Virus record (IMG/VR): IMGVR_UViG_3300045988_165705
Direction: 5' to 3' (one strand)
DNA length: 64,000 nucleotides
DNA from: a virus
How positions within the stretch are numbered: position 1 is the first letter of the stretch; each line of letters starts with the position of its first letter. The notes beneath the pieces are model-generated. The model was given only the letters and a program-made list of their open reading frames with translations. It made no database searches and was not told the origin of the DNA. The position numbers and the translations under genes were made by a program. Positions 42,316 to 52,977 of this stretch are shown here, one piece after another.

Positions 42316-45300
42316 TTAATTGTTTGAATATCCAACAACAATGCCTTTGACAACATACAATAACCACTGGTCAATCGTATTGTTCATGTACGGAATTGAG
42401 TCAGAGATACCAGTATATGTAGCCCAGCCTCGTGTGCGGCAATACCCATAAATGGACATATCTCTTACATAGCCCAATGACACTTGTCCGGAAGAATTGA
42501 CACTAAAACTCCCGATGCTGATGGAACATCCAGATAAGGCGCCGCCTCTGATTCTATTTGCGGAAAGCGTGCCCGTTGTAATCTTATCTGCAGACAGGTT
42601 CGGAATACGCACTGGGTCAAAAGTACCGGAAGTAATCTTGCTGCAATTAAGCTCCGGGATTCTCTGCGTGTTAAACTGACCAGAGGTAATTTGGCTCGCA
42701 GGCAGTCCCGATATTTGGCTTGCCGTCAGCTTGCCAACAGTAATGCTATCTGCCCGAAGGTTGGTAACAGTAACATTGGTACAATTCAGCGTGCCAGAAG
42801 TGATATTGCTTGCGCTCAGATTCGTCACCTTGATGACATTACCGTTGATAGTGCCCGATGTAATATTACTGGCGTTCAGATTCTTGATGGTCACATCGGT
42901 CGCATCAATCGTACCGCCGCTGATTCTATCGGCTGACATAGTGCCTGCCGTAATCTTGCTGGCATTGATACTGACAATATTTGCATTACTGACCTGCAGC
43001 GTTCCATTGGAGATTTCACAGCCTCCAATAATACCACTGGTTGCCTCAACCTTGCCAGAAATGCTTACATTGTTTGCAAGCAGGTAGCCGTTCTTATTGG
43101 CGCGGATATAGTTGCTTGCCGTTCCAAGAGAAATGCCGTCCGTTCCAATATAGATGCCGGAAGTGGTACTGGAGAACGAAGGCTTCCCGTTGTAAATTGC
43201 ATCGCTGATAATAGTCCAACCCTGTGACGGCTGGCCGATGTAGCCACTCAGCGCAGTGACTTCGCCACTAAAAGAACCGGCTGTAGCGTAGATGGTGCCT
43301 TTTAGTGTCAGGTTGCCGTTAGTATCCGCGTAGAAAAGCTTCTTATCGTCGTCTACGACACCCTTATTGTTGATAAGCGGATACTTACCAATCATCAGAC
43401 CATGCATCGGGTCTAAGAGAATATGCGAGTTGCTCTTCTCGTTGGTGATGCTGAAGTTGCTGTTGTGCAACACACACCCCTCGGCATCTACCTTAAACAC
43501 TGATACGCCGCCATCCTGCTTTGCGCTCTCGATAACAAGGTTGCTGCCAGCGAGCAAAGTACCAACAATATTGGGAGCAACGATGCCCCAGCAATCACCG
43601 AGGTTCTCATCGTAGAAGTTACCAATAGCCAGCTCTGCCGTTGACCAGTTGTTGCTGGTCATCAGAATGCTGTTGTTGTTCAGCCACACCTGCTTCGGTT
43701 CATACTCTGTATGAGCTTCGTCGCTCCACTTGCGCAGCCGAATGCCAGAATCGCCCCACGAGATAGCCTGCTCCTTAGAAGACATGATGGCATTCTTGGA
43801 CACATCCAGTGCCGTCTGCATAAAGTCTTTGACCTTTGTAGAGGCGCCGCTGTCCATAAACGCAGAGTAGTTGTACTTGTTCAGGTCTACACTCTTGCCC
43901 ATTGAGACGCTTTGCTCCAACAAATCAGCCAACAGGAAAGAACTATCACCAGAGGTGTAGGTGTCGCTAAACTCCAGCGTCAGGTCGTTAGGCGAATCAA
44001 AGCTTACTTTTACGCCCACGCAAATAGGTGCCAGCGTTTCATCCTCACTGATGCCGACATAGAGCTTTTCGCCGTGGCGCAGCTTATTCTTGAACTTCAC
44101 GAAATCGTCAAGGCACAAGAAGTTTGCGCTTGTCACGCCAAATGTGTAGGAGGGCTGCGATACCTTTGTTAGAATCTCGTTGCCGTATTCAAACAAGTCC
44201 CATGCGACAGCACGCTTCTCATACTCGCTGGTGTTCAGCGTGAAGTATAGATACCCTTCGCTGACCGTGATGTCCAGCTTCGTACCGACCAACAGGTCAG
44301 GGATTTCAGTGTCTGCCGCCATGTCATGTGCAACGGAAGACACTGTTCCCGTCAAAGAGATACACCCCTTTGGGAAAGACCGGTCGCCCGTTACTCCTGC
44401 ACCGAGGTATGCCGTCATCACAAAACTGTTGTTTGGCGCTTTTTCAAATGCCGCACTGATAACCTCTGCGTCAATAAAGTCGGCTTTGATTCTGCCGCCC
44501 TTGACATCATAGATTTCCTTATTGCGTGTATTGGTTACATAAGTAATGTTGGCGTTGCTAACACCAATCAACTTGTCGGCAATATGGTTGCCTGTGTCCT
44601 CGTCGGTATAGGAACCAGTTGTTTGTGCGACAAAGCTGCTCTCTGATACGGCATCATCCTTCAAGTATCGGTCAAGCTGCAAATACTCTTCCTGCGTGAA
44701 GTAGGATTTGAAATTGGCCGCTTTGTTTATCGTGACCAGTTCACTGTATATGGATGCGGCCTGCGCTTCGATGCTTTTGATTTCCTCGTTCTTGGCGTTA
44801 ATTTCAGCTTGCTTTGCGGCAATTCTGGTGTTTACATCATCCAATTTGCTTTGTGGAACAAGGTCGCGTGCAATACCCTGGATGATGATTGCCTGTTCAT
44901 TTTCCAAAATCGTCCGTTCGCTTTCCAACTCAACCAACGCCGTCTGTTCTGTGGTTTTACGCATAATTTGCAAAACATATTCCACAGACAGATTGTAGTA
45001 AGGGAGCTGATAGTTTGCGTAGCTTTCTTTCCACGCATAGTATTTATCAATCAATGCCTGATTAAAGTTGTCGGCATTCATGAAGTAATCCAGATTGATA
45101 ATTTGATTGGTTCCGCTGGGGTTCACATCACGAATGTTTACGCCGTCGGCACCGTTGACATCCAACCGGGTGACGATGCTCTCCGTATTCTCTTCGACCG
45201 TAATCTCTTTTGCAAGATTGGCGTTAGAGATGTAAATTGGATTGGTCGGAACCGCAGAAGAAGCATCCTTAACATTGATTCTGCGATGATAGGTATCAAA

Positions 45301-45846
45301 GTCAAAAATGCAGTTATATGAAGTCTGTATCGTACCCTTGATAAAGTTATAAAGGTTTTCGTCAGAAACTTCAAAGGTACGATATTTTCCAACAAGATTG
45401 TTGTCAATACTCCCGACACTCCACGATGGCATCAGCTCAAGGATAATACCGAGCAGAGTACTGTCCGGTGTAACAGGGTTCCAAAAATTATAGGTGGCGT
45501 TTGCCAGTGAAAGCTTTTTGAAAGTAAATTCGTACTCAAGGGAATACCCCTTGCACGCCTTTATCTTCTTCACGCCATCGCCGGTCTCTTTGGGATTCAC
45601 AAGGATAAACTGGCCGATATTCTGCAGTTCAACAATGCGCATACCAATGACCGCATCATAGTACGGGGTTGGTTCGCCATCCACCTGTGCCGGAAGATTA
45701 AACTCAATCACAGAGGCTTCATCATATTTAATATCAGCAGTGATATTCATGGCATAGCCCAGCACGCCAATCGGTACATCGGTCGTATTTTTAAGAATCA
45801 GCATTGGCGGTTCCCGCAGGTCTATCTTTGAGAAATCAACTACCAT
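42316..45846 (-). CDS. Tal-like tail tip / minor structural protein with C-terminal ITSGT repeats
   Basis: 1176 aa. The N-terminus resembles phage minor structural (anti-receptor) N-terminal regions, followed by a coiled-coil middle. The C-terminal repeats include NLNASNITSGTINGN, NLSASNITSGTLNCT and SADKITTGTLSAN. Confidence 0.6.
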   Translation of the reverse strand: MVVDFSKIDLREPPMLILKNTTDVPIGVLGYAMNITADIKYDEASVIEFNLPAQVDGEPTPYYDAVIGMRIVELQNIGQFILVNPKETGDGVKKIKACKGYSLEYEFTFKKLSLANATYNFWNPVTPDSTLLGIILELMPSWSVGSIDNNLVGKYRTFEVSDENLYNFIKGTIQTSYNCIFDFDTYHRRINVKDASSAVPTNPIYISNANLAKEITVEENTESIVTRLDVNGADGVNIRDVNPSGTNQIINLDYFMNADNFNQALIDKYYAWKESYANYQLPYYNLSVEYVLQIMRKTTEQTALVELESERTILENEQAIIIQGIARDLVPQSKLDDVNTRIAAKQAEINAKNEEIKSIEAQAASIYSELVTINKAANFKSYFTQEEYLQLDRYLKDDAVSESSFVAQTTGSYTDEDTGNHIADKLIGVSNANITYVTNTRNKEIYDVKGGRIKADFIDAEVISAAFEKAPNNSFVMTAYLGAGVTGDRSFPKGCISLTGTVSSVAHDMAADTEIPDLLVGTKLDITVSEGYLYFTLNTSEYEKRAVAWDLFEYGNEILTKVSQPSYTFGVTSANFLCLDDFVKFKNKLRHGEKLYVGISEDETLAPICVGVKVSFDSPNDLTLEFSDTYTSGDSSFLLADLLEQSVSMGKSVDLNKYNYSAFMDSGASTKVKDFMQTALDVSKNAIMSSKEQAISWGDSGIRLRKWSDEAHTEYEPKQVWLNNNSILMTSNNWSTAELAIGNFYDENLGDCWGIVAPNIVGTLLAGSNLVIESAKQDGGVSVFKVDAEGCVLHNSNFSITNEKSNSHILLDPMHGLMIGKYPLINNKGVVDDDKKLFYADTNGNLTLKGTIYATAGSFSGEVTALSGYIGQPSQGWTIISDAIYNGKPSFSSTTSGIYIGTDGISLGTASNYIRANKNGYLLANNVSISGKVEATSGIIGGCEISNGTLQVSNANIVSINASKITAGTMSADRISGGTIDATDVTIKNLNASNITSGTINGNVIKVTNLSASNITSGTLNCTNVTVTNLRADSITVGKLTASQISGLPASQITSGQFNTQRIPELNCSKITSGTFDPVRIPNLSADKITTGTLSANRIRGGALSGCSISIGSFSVNSSGQVSLGYVRDMSIYGYCRTRGWATYTGISDSIPYMNNTIDQWLLYVVKGIVVGYSNN

Positions 45847-45874
45847 ACTTTGAGAAAACCTCCTTTCTGAAATA

Positions 45875-45902
45875 GGGGAGATACAGTTGCCCGTATCTCC
45901 CC
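45875..45902 (-). terminator. stem-loop between tape measure and Tal genes (attenuator/terminator candidate)
   Basis: A 10-bp stem, GGGGAGATAC pairing with GTATCTCCCC, with an 8-nt loop. The U-tract is weak. Confidence 0.4.
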
Positions 45903-45912
45903 GTTGGGTTAC

Positions 45913-48900
45913 TTATGGTTTCAGCCTTGAGCCTCGCGTACTGTTGATGCCGCGCCGCTCAAATGCGCTGTAAAGTTTGTCAATTGCCACATCGGCAATC
46001 CGTTCGCCATAGGCTTTTGCGTCCGTGTCGGCCATTTCACCACTATGGGTAATGTTGACCTCGAAGTGCGGTTCAAACACGAGACTCTGTGCGGCACTGC
46101 CGATAATGTCTTGCGTCAATCCACTCATGGTGTCTCTGATGCTTGATGACGGAGCCGAGATTGTCGGTAGCGTACCGATAACCACGCCAAGGCGCTTTGA
46201 CAGTTCCGCCTGGAAATCGATGATACGATACAGGCTCTTCTGCTTAGCATCATTCAGCACGACTTCGCCTTTTTGCAAAATAGCAAGAGCTTCATCCTTG
46301 CTGAGGTTTGCTTCATCAACAACGCCGCCATCATGGTATTTGGGGACATTGCTTACCACGGTGCCAACGCCGCTTACGCCGCTCACTGCATCGCTGTATT
46401 GTCTTACAGCTTCCGCAGCCCGTATCCATGCAGAAGAAATCTCCGCATCGATAGATGCGCCAACAGATACGCTCTGCCCAAGAAGTGTCTGGTAAAATGC
46501 CGTCCAGAGTTCTTCGGAAGAATTGACGGTACTTCTGAGCAGCTCTAATTCCGCCTCTTTATCAGACTCGTAGTCTTCGCCCATCTTGTCCAAGGCATTG
46601 GTCTGAGCCTCGACAGAGTGGTCTCTCTGTGTGTCTGCAAGGTCTTTCTGCTTTTCCTCCAGCTCCTGCATTAGCGTATTCCGCTCTGCCTGTGCGCTTC
46701 TGCTGTCATCCAGAGCAAGCTGGTCGATTCTGGCCTGCAGGTCTGCTATCTCTTTGACCTTGTCGGCAATATCAGCTTCATAGTCGAACTCGTCCTTAGC
46801 GGACTCAATCATCTCTTTTCTCAGGTCTATAATCTTTTGATAGGCATCTATCTGTTTCTTATAGACCTCCTCGATGTAGTCGATGATATTGTTCTTCGTC
46901 TCCTGAACCTGATAACCCAAATCCTCGATGGAGCCCGCAGCATCGATGTTGTCATCGTTGAGCTGTTCCGTCACATCTATCAGGTCTTCCGTTTCCTTAC
47001 GGAGGGCATTTGTCGCTTCCTGCAGCGTATCGTACTCTCCGGCAGACGATGCCGTAAGCTCATTCAGATGTTCAAGGTTCTTAATGTACAGCTCATTTGT
47101 TTCGCTGTTATACTCAACCTCAAACCCAAGCGCCCGAAGAGCACCGACATTGGATGCGATGGTGCTCTTTTTCAGCCCCATCAAATCTTTTTCGGCGGCC
47201 ATCTCTTCTTTATAGGCATCAATCAAATCGCTGGACAGCTTAATTTTCTCAGCCGGGTCTTCTGCATACTTCAGCTTTTTCGCCAGAGAGTTTGCCCGTT
47301 CCTGTGCGGCCTGTAGCCGCTTCTCAGCTTCGTAATAGGCATCGATGTCAGCGATATATTCTTCGACTGTTTTAATCTTGTCTTTGGTATCACTGTCACC
47401 ATCAGAGCTGCCTCCACTGCTGCTGTCGCTTCTGCTACCATAAGAACTACCAGCAGAACCATAAATACTCGTCAGGTCAAGCCCGCGCAACGCCTCAAGG
47501 TTTTTGTAGGCGTTGACCGTCCGCTGCTTGAAATCCTCCAATGCAGCAATACGCTGTGCAGACGCCTGCTCCTGCTTTGAAATCCAGTCGTCCAGTGTAT
47601 CTGTGCCGACATAGGTATTTGCACCGTCGAAAGTGACGGTGACATCTCCGGCATCAATCGAAGTGCCGCCTACCGCACCGGATACTGCTGACTGGAAATA
47701 GTGAGAGATGCCCTGCCAGTTACCAGTCGTAGCGTCCTTAACAGCCTGACTCAGTGCGCCCCAGACGCTGGAAGCAATATTGCGAATCTTGCTAAACAGG
47801 CTGGTACCGTAGTTGTTGGTCGCTTCAAGCGACTTGGAGAAGCCCTGCGTATGTGCGCTCTTAATGGTATTGGCATACGGTTCCCAGATGTTCTCCGTTG
47901 CCTGCTGGCCATATTCAACCTCTGCGCCCAACTTCTTGTTCAGTGCTTCTTCGTTTACGGTCAGTTCGCCATTCTTCTCGGCCACATAGTTTCTGCCCTG
48001 CAGGTCATTCAGCTCATTCATCTTTTGAAGGAGAGCTTCCTCCTGCTGAACCTGACCATTGACGCTCAGGTTCTTTATGTCGGCAATTATGTTAGCCTTT
48101 TCGGTTTCCAGAGCGAGCTGGTCATTGATGACCTGCTCGGTTGCTTTCAGCTCAGCAATCTTGGTATCCAGCTGCGCATCATACTCTGCCTCGTTCATCT
48201 CAAGAACGCTGTTCAGCAACTGTCTCTGACCATCGATAGACCCGTCAACAAACAGGTCTGCCTGCTCCAGAAGCTTGGGGTACTGCAAAGCAAGGTTGGC
48301 AAGCTGCTGCTTTGTCATGGCAGTACCGGAGTTCAGTCTGTCCATCGCAGAGATAATGCTGTCAAGGCCATCCTTCGCACTATCCAAACCAGATATCATG
48401 TCGGAGAAATCGAGGGTGTTCACCATATCGGCGTTGGCATATTTCAGCCATTCGATTTTCTCCTGCAATTCCTCGAAGGTCATGGAGCCTTCTTCGGAGA
48501 TAATGTTATAAGCGATTTCCAGCTCCTGTGCAGACATTTCGCCTAACAGCGCATCATACTTGCCGCCAACGCCGCCAATAGCTTCTTTGACAGCGGCAAG
48601 CTGCCGCTCGACGGTATCTGTTTCCAATGAGAGCTTGAGGTATTTGATGGTGTCATCATCAAACCCAGCTGCTTCAAGGTCGCTGATAATCGCATTGACA
48701 GTTTCCTGGAATTCATCGACATTGATGTCACCGGCATCGAACAGCCCCTTCAGGTCGAACAAACCGGACATTGCATTCTGTACTTCCGGTGTCAGCTTGT
48801 CGATGAAGTCGTTTATCTGAACCTTAATATCGGTAATAGCATCTTCATCGGGGACAATCTTTCCCCAGAAGTTTTTCTTTGTGACATCATCAACACCAAA

Positions 48901-51900
48901 GCGGTCGATGAAATTGGAAACAATATTTTGTGCCTCTGTGCTTAAATCGTCATAAGCGGCATTGTTCTGCGCAACAAGCTTCAGCTGGTCAGCAACATCC
49001 TGATTAGCCTTTTCAAGCCCATCTCGTGCTTCGCCATAACGAACGGCAGCGTTCTTTGTCTTTTCAACAGCAGCTTCAAAATCAGAGAGAGACTCGAAGC
49101 CCACTTCCGTATAGTCGATAGAGGCCGCAATCTTTCCGATATTGTGAGAGACCTGGTCTGCATAGTCATCCCAGAAATCACCCCACTGGTAATAGCCGTA
49201 CTCGTTTGTGTACTTCTCCAGCTCCTTGCCAATATCGGTTACGCCCAGAGCCTTCATAATCTGCTCAGACAAATACCGGCTCTTATTGTCTCCGGAGTTT
49301 CCAACGAACTCGGGCGTCACATCTCTGTCATTGACACGGAACATCCGCCACATATTGTTGGACAAATCCGTATCTGTGGTCAGAATGTCGCCGTTTTTCA
49401 GCTTGTCATAAGATGCTGCATACCCCTTGATAACCTCAGAAAGCTTTTCTGTGGTTGTCATCTGCCGGAGTTCGCTCTTATACTGCTGCTCCTGCAGTTC
49501 AATGGCACGCTCAATCAGTTCGTTCTTGTCCGCAAGATAACCATTTTCAATGCTATACCCCTCTGACAAAGCAGGAGAGATATCCACAATCGTCTGAACG
49601 ATTTGCTTGTATCGGTCATACTCATCGGCAGTCAACGAAATATTTTCGCCGTAACGGGAAACACCAACTGACAGTGTCTCAAACTCTTCCTTCAGCGACT
49701 GCAGTTTGTCGATGTTATCAGAGTTTGTCTGGCGGAACTCATTGAACGCATTGGTCAGTTCGTTCGCTTTTTCAATCGCTTCATCGCTGGCGTTAATCAG
49801 ATGTGTAATACCTGTGATGATTCCCTGAATCACCAATCCAATTCCCAACGAGATGAGCATATTGATGGCTGTGTTAAGCGCAGTGACGCCAATCGCCGCT
49901 GCTTTTGAACTTGCTCCAAACGCCTTCGTCTCCACACCAGCCTGTTTGCAGTATGCCTTGTAGCCAGACATGGAGGCTTTGCCGCCGTTCAGCGACTTCA
50001 GATACCCCGACAGAGCATCGTCAGTGCCATCAAGATTCTTGATAAACGCTTCTTGTACCTGTATGGAAGAACCCAAAGCCTTATTGTATTCGGCTATACT
50101 TTTAACGGAAGCAGTCCAGTCTGCAGCGCCGCCAGAAAGCCCCACCTTTCCATCGACAACATCAAAGATTCCAAGGTTCTTCCCTTTGGCACCGCTATAC
50201 GCAGTTACAGCTGCGGTGATTGTGGAAATCAAAGCAGGGAATGAGCCCAGCTTATCGATGATTGCGGTCAGCGTTTCAAGAATGGCTGTGCCGCCATCTA
50301 CAACGCCTTTAACAAGCCCGGAGCTTACAAAGGAGGCGGAGAGCTTTTCAAAGGCTGCCTGGAACTGAGCAATTTTGCCATTGATAGAGTCGAGATACTT
50401 CTCGTTTTCATTGAGGGCAGAACCGGCAGAGTCCACAGCTACTTTAAGAACAGCTTCTGCATCTGCGAAGTTGTTCAGCAGCGAAGCCACCACATTGCTG
50501 TTTCGCTTGCCGCCAATCATCTCCATGATGTTGGCTTTGGTAATATCAGTAAGGTCTCCCCAAACCTCGGAGAGTTCCTTCAAAATCTGATAGGTGCTTT
50601 TGAAAGTATCTTCATCCAGCTGGATATCGACTCGTCCGCTGGTCAGCGCAAGGATTTCTTTTCTCAGCTTGGAGACACTTTCCGCCATACCTTCTGTGCT
50701 TTCACCGGCTTCTTCCGCCTCAGTCTTTGCAGCACGAAGATACATGGAAACGGTCTTCATTGTTGTACCGACCTTTTCAGGGTCTTGCACAACATTGTTT
50801 GCCGCCGTTACAAGAGCAATACTCTCATCCAGACTGTTACCGGCAGCTGCAAGAGCAGAGGCAGAACGCACCAATGCGTCACCAACGCCCTTTGAGGAAA
50901 TAGCAAACCGGTTGCCAACCTCGTTGAATTTATCAACAATGGTCATCACATTGGCGGCTTCGATACCGAACGCTTTCATAGTGGAGATGACGCTTTCCGA
51001 TGCCTCGGAAATATCATTGATGCCATCGCCAACATTCTTGTAGACCAGCGCAGCATCTGCTAACTCTGCCGCTTCGCTAATGGAGTAGCCCAGTCTCGCA
51101 AAATCCGCTGTTGCTGTAATCGTATCGGTCAGCGTTGCGCCGAGACTCTTGGCACGCACAGCCGCCTCGTTGAAGAACTGAGCATAGGTCGCTCTGGTCT
51201 CATCGGTGACTTTCTTCAACTCGGTCATGGCCGCATCCAGCGCCCGTACATTGGTCACCATCTGCTTGAAGTTGTTGACCATGACCATCAGGCTTCTCGT
51301 CACCAGCATCCATCCGCCGAACTTCTTATAAGCGGATGAGATGATTCCGACGAGTGTATTGCCCTTCTTGCCGGACTCCGTAATAGAGGTATCCAGTGCG
51401 GCAAAGTCAGACAGCAGCTTTCGCAAGTCTGTCTTGCTCATGCTCGTCATACCATCGGCAGCATTCTTACTGTCGTTCCACACGCCAAGCAACTGCTCCC
51501 GCATTAGCGTGAGCTGTTCCAGCTCCGTGCCGTCAATGCGAGGATTCTTATCAATGTAAGTGCTAACTTTCTTATAGGCGCTGATGACCTCGTTAATGGT
51601 CGCCATCTTCTCTTTGTTGGCGGCCTCTGCACTCCTTGCCGCAGCAGCCTCTGCCGCCGCAGCTTCTTCCGCAGCCTGACGCTCGGCGTAAATCCGGTTG
51701 ATGTTCTCCAAGATGGCTGCGCCTTCTGCCTCCAGGCTCAGCCTGTACTCATCGCTTGTAGCCTCTTTAGAAGCACGAACCGTTTCTACGCTCATCGCCC
51801 ACAGGCGATACTGTTCCACCAACGATGCTACACGCTGGCTATCGCCCTCAGACACACCGCTGTCAACCAGACCGTTCAAACTTCTCTGTACAACAGTTTT

Positions 51901-52335
51901 CTGGTGTCCAAGCGCTTCCATCTGCACTTTGAACGCTGCAACCTTACGGGCGGCCTCGTCTGCTGCGTCGCCTGCGTCCTTCAGTTTTGACTTGACTTCG
52001 CCGATGTTTTCGGCGGTAAGGGTGACGCTTGTCCCCTTATCAAGGTTGATTGTGTTAATGACGGCGCTTAACTGTTTCCTGAAATCAGTAATGGCACCGG
52101 CACCGATTTTAATCTTCGACAAATTGACATAGAATTTGCCGCTGTTGCTAATGGCATCCAGTTCCTTACGCAGCTGCTCACCAAATGTTTTGGTGTCAAC
52201 TGTCACGGTAGCCTTGATGTTCTTCATGATTTCAGCAAGCTCTTTGCGAATCAGAGCTTCACTGTCACCGTCTGCACCACCGCGAGCCACGCCGATTAGT
52301 AACCGTACATCTGCATCCATTGCCATCGTCATCAC
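45913..52335 (-). CDS. tail tape measure protein
   Basis: 2140 aa, highly alpha-helical. The TP901-type TMP core is present (VYKNVGDGINDISEASESVISTMKAFG followed by VGTTMKTVSMYLR). Confidence 0.9.
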   Translation of the reverse strand: MMTMAMDADVRLLIGVARGGADGDSEALIRKELAEIMKNIKATVTVDTKTFGEQLRKELDAISNSGKFYVNLSKIKIGAGAITDFRKQLSAVINTINLDKGTSVTLTAENIGEVKSKLKDAGDAADEAARKVAAFKVQMEALGHQKTVVQRSLNGLVDSGVSEGDSQRVASLVEQYRLWAMSVETVRASKEATSDEYRLSLEAEGAAILENINRIYAERQAAEEAAAAEAAAARSAEAANKEKMATINEVISAYKKVSTYIDKNPRIDGTELEQLTLMREQLLGVWNDSKNAADGMTSMSKTDLRKLLSDFAALDTSITESGKKGNTLVGIISSAYKKFGGWMLVTRSLMVMVNNFKQMVTNVRALDAAMTELKKVTDETRATYAQFFNEAAVRAKSLGATLTDTITATADFARLGYSISEAAELADAALVYKNVGDGINDISEASESVISTMKAFGIEAANVMTIVDKFNEVGNRFAISSKGVGDALVRSASALAAAGNSLDESIALVTAANNVVQDPEKVGTTMKTVSMYLRAAKTEAEEAGESTEGMAESVSKLRKEILALTSGRVDIQLDEDTFKSTYQILKELSEVWGDLTDITKANIMEMIGGKRNSNVVASLLNNFADAEAVLKVAVDSAGSALNENEKYLDSINGKIAQFQAAFEKLSASFVSSGLVKGVVDGGTAILETLTAIIDKLGSFPALISTITAAVTAYSGAKGKNLGIFDVVDGKVGLSGGAADWTASVKSIAEYNKALGSSIQVQEAFIKNLDGTDDALSGYLKSLNGGKASMSGYKAYCKQAGVETKAFGASSKAAAIGVTALNTAINMLISLGIGLVIQGIITGITHLINASDEAIEKANELTNAFNEFRQTNSDNIDKLQSLKEEFETLSVGVSRYGENISLTADEYDRYKQIVQTIVDISPALSEGYSIENGYLADKNELIERAIELQEQQYKSELRQMTTTEKLSEVIKGYAASYDKLKNGDILTTDTDLSNNMWRMFRVNDRDVTPEFVGNSGDNKSRYLSEQIMKALGVTDIGKELEKYTNEYGYYQWGDFWDDYADQVSHNIGKIAASIDYTEVGFESLSDFEAAVEKTKNAAVRYGEARDGLEKANQDVADQLKLVAQNNAAYDDLSTEAQNIVSNFIDRFGVDDVTKKNFWGKIVPDEDAITDIKVQINDFIDKLTPEVQNAMSGLFDLKGLFDAGDINVDEFQETVNAIISDLEAAGFDDDTIKYLKLSLETDTVERQLAAVKEAIGGVGGKYDALLGEMSAQELEIAYNIISEEGSMTFEELQEKIEWLKYANADMVNTLDFSDMISGLDSAKDGLDSIISAMDRLNSGTAMTKQQLANLALQYPKLLEQADLFVDGSIDGQRQLLNSVLEMNEAEYDAQLDTKIAELKATEQVINDQLALETEKANIIADIKNLSVNGQVQQEEALLQKMNELNDLQGRNYVAEKNGELTVNEEALNKKLGAEVEYGQQATENIWEPYANTIKSAHTQGFSKSLEATNNYGTSLFSKIRNIASSVWGALSQAVKDATTGNWQGISHYFQSAVSGAVGGTSIDAGDVTVTFDGANTYVGTDTLDDWISKQEQASAQRIAALEDFKQRTVNAYKNLEALRGLDLTSIYGSAGSSYGSRSDSSSGGSSDGDSDTKDKIKTVEEYIADIDAYYEAEKRLQAAQERANSLAKKLKYAEDPAEKIKLSSDLIDAYKEEMAAEKDLMGLKKSTIASNVGALRALGFEVEYNSETNELYIKNLEHLNELTASSAGEYDTLQEATNALRKETEDLIDVTEQLNDDNIDAAGSIEDLGYQVQETKNNIIDYIEEVYKKQIDAYQKIIDLRKEMIESAKDEFDYEADIADKVKEIADLQARIDQLALDDSRSAQAERNTLMQELEEKQKDLADTQRDHSVEAQTNALDKMGEDYESDKEAELELLRSTVNSSEELWTAFYQTLLGQSVSVGASIDAEISSAWIRAAEAVRQYSDAVSGVSGVGTVVSNVPKYHDGGVVDEANLSKDEALAILQKGEVVLNDAKQKSLYRIIDFQAELSKRLGVVIGTLPTISAPSSSIRDTMSGLTQDIIGSAAQSLVFEPHFEVNITHSGEMADTDAKAYGERIADVAIDKLYSAFERRGINSTRGSRLKP

Positions 52336-52383
52336 CGTCCTTTACGAAGAAAAGGCTTGGCACAAAGCCAAGCCTTTCATAAT

Positions 52384-52977
52384 TTATTGTTCATATATCT
52401 CTGCGGCAACCGCAGTTACATTGTAGTCGGAACCATAGTTCCCGTTAAAGTCACTGATTGCCTGCTGGATAAACTTCAGAGCCTCACGCTCTTTTTTGCT
52501 GCGCACCCATGCAAAGTCTTCATTATGCAGCGCACGACCAATAGCCTCTCCGGATGGCGAGTGACCATTCCACCAACCATATACATAGTTGGATGCGTGG
52601 TATCCGTTGTTAAACAAAGCCACAATGTTGTCGATTCCGCCATAACTCGTAGCATCGTTCTCAAGAGAATCACGATGCAGGTCGCCGCCAAAATATAACG
52701 GAACCTCAAAGCCGTCTCCAATACGAATGATGCTTCCGCTGTCCATCTCGTCAATGTGCTTCATCACAGATTCAGGCAGGTCATAGCTTTTAGCCGTCAT
52801 CTGAAGAACCTGTATGAACTTTGCGGCAGCTTCCCAGCCACGCTTTTCCGGAACGATAGAATCTCCGGCGGCAGTCTTTTCTACACCGTCTCTGGTGTAT
52901 TCCGCCATCTTCTCCTGCAAACGGGCTTGCCCCTGCGGAGACTTAATCCATGCATTCAGCTTGCTTGACAAGCTCAT
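52384..52977 (-). CDS. hypothetical protein (tail-chaperone position)
   Basis: 197-aa ORF immediately upstream of the tape measure gene. Confidence 0.4.
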   Translation of the reverse strand: MSLSSKLNAWIKSPQGQARLQEKMAEYTRDGVEKTAAGDSIVPEKRGWEAAAKFIQVLQMTAKSYDLPESVMKHIDEMDSGSIIRIGDGFEVPLYFGGDLHRDSLENDATSYGGIDNIVALFNNGYHASNYVYGWWNGHSPSGEAIGRALHNEDFAWVRSKKEREALKFIQQAISDFNGNYGSDYNVTAVAAEIYEQ

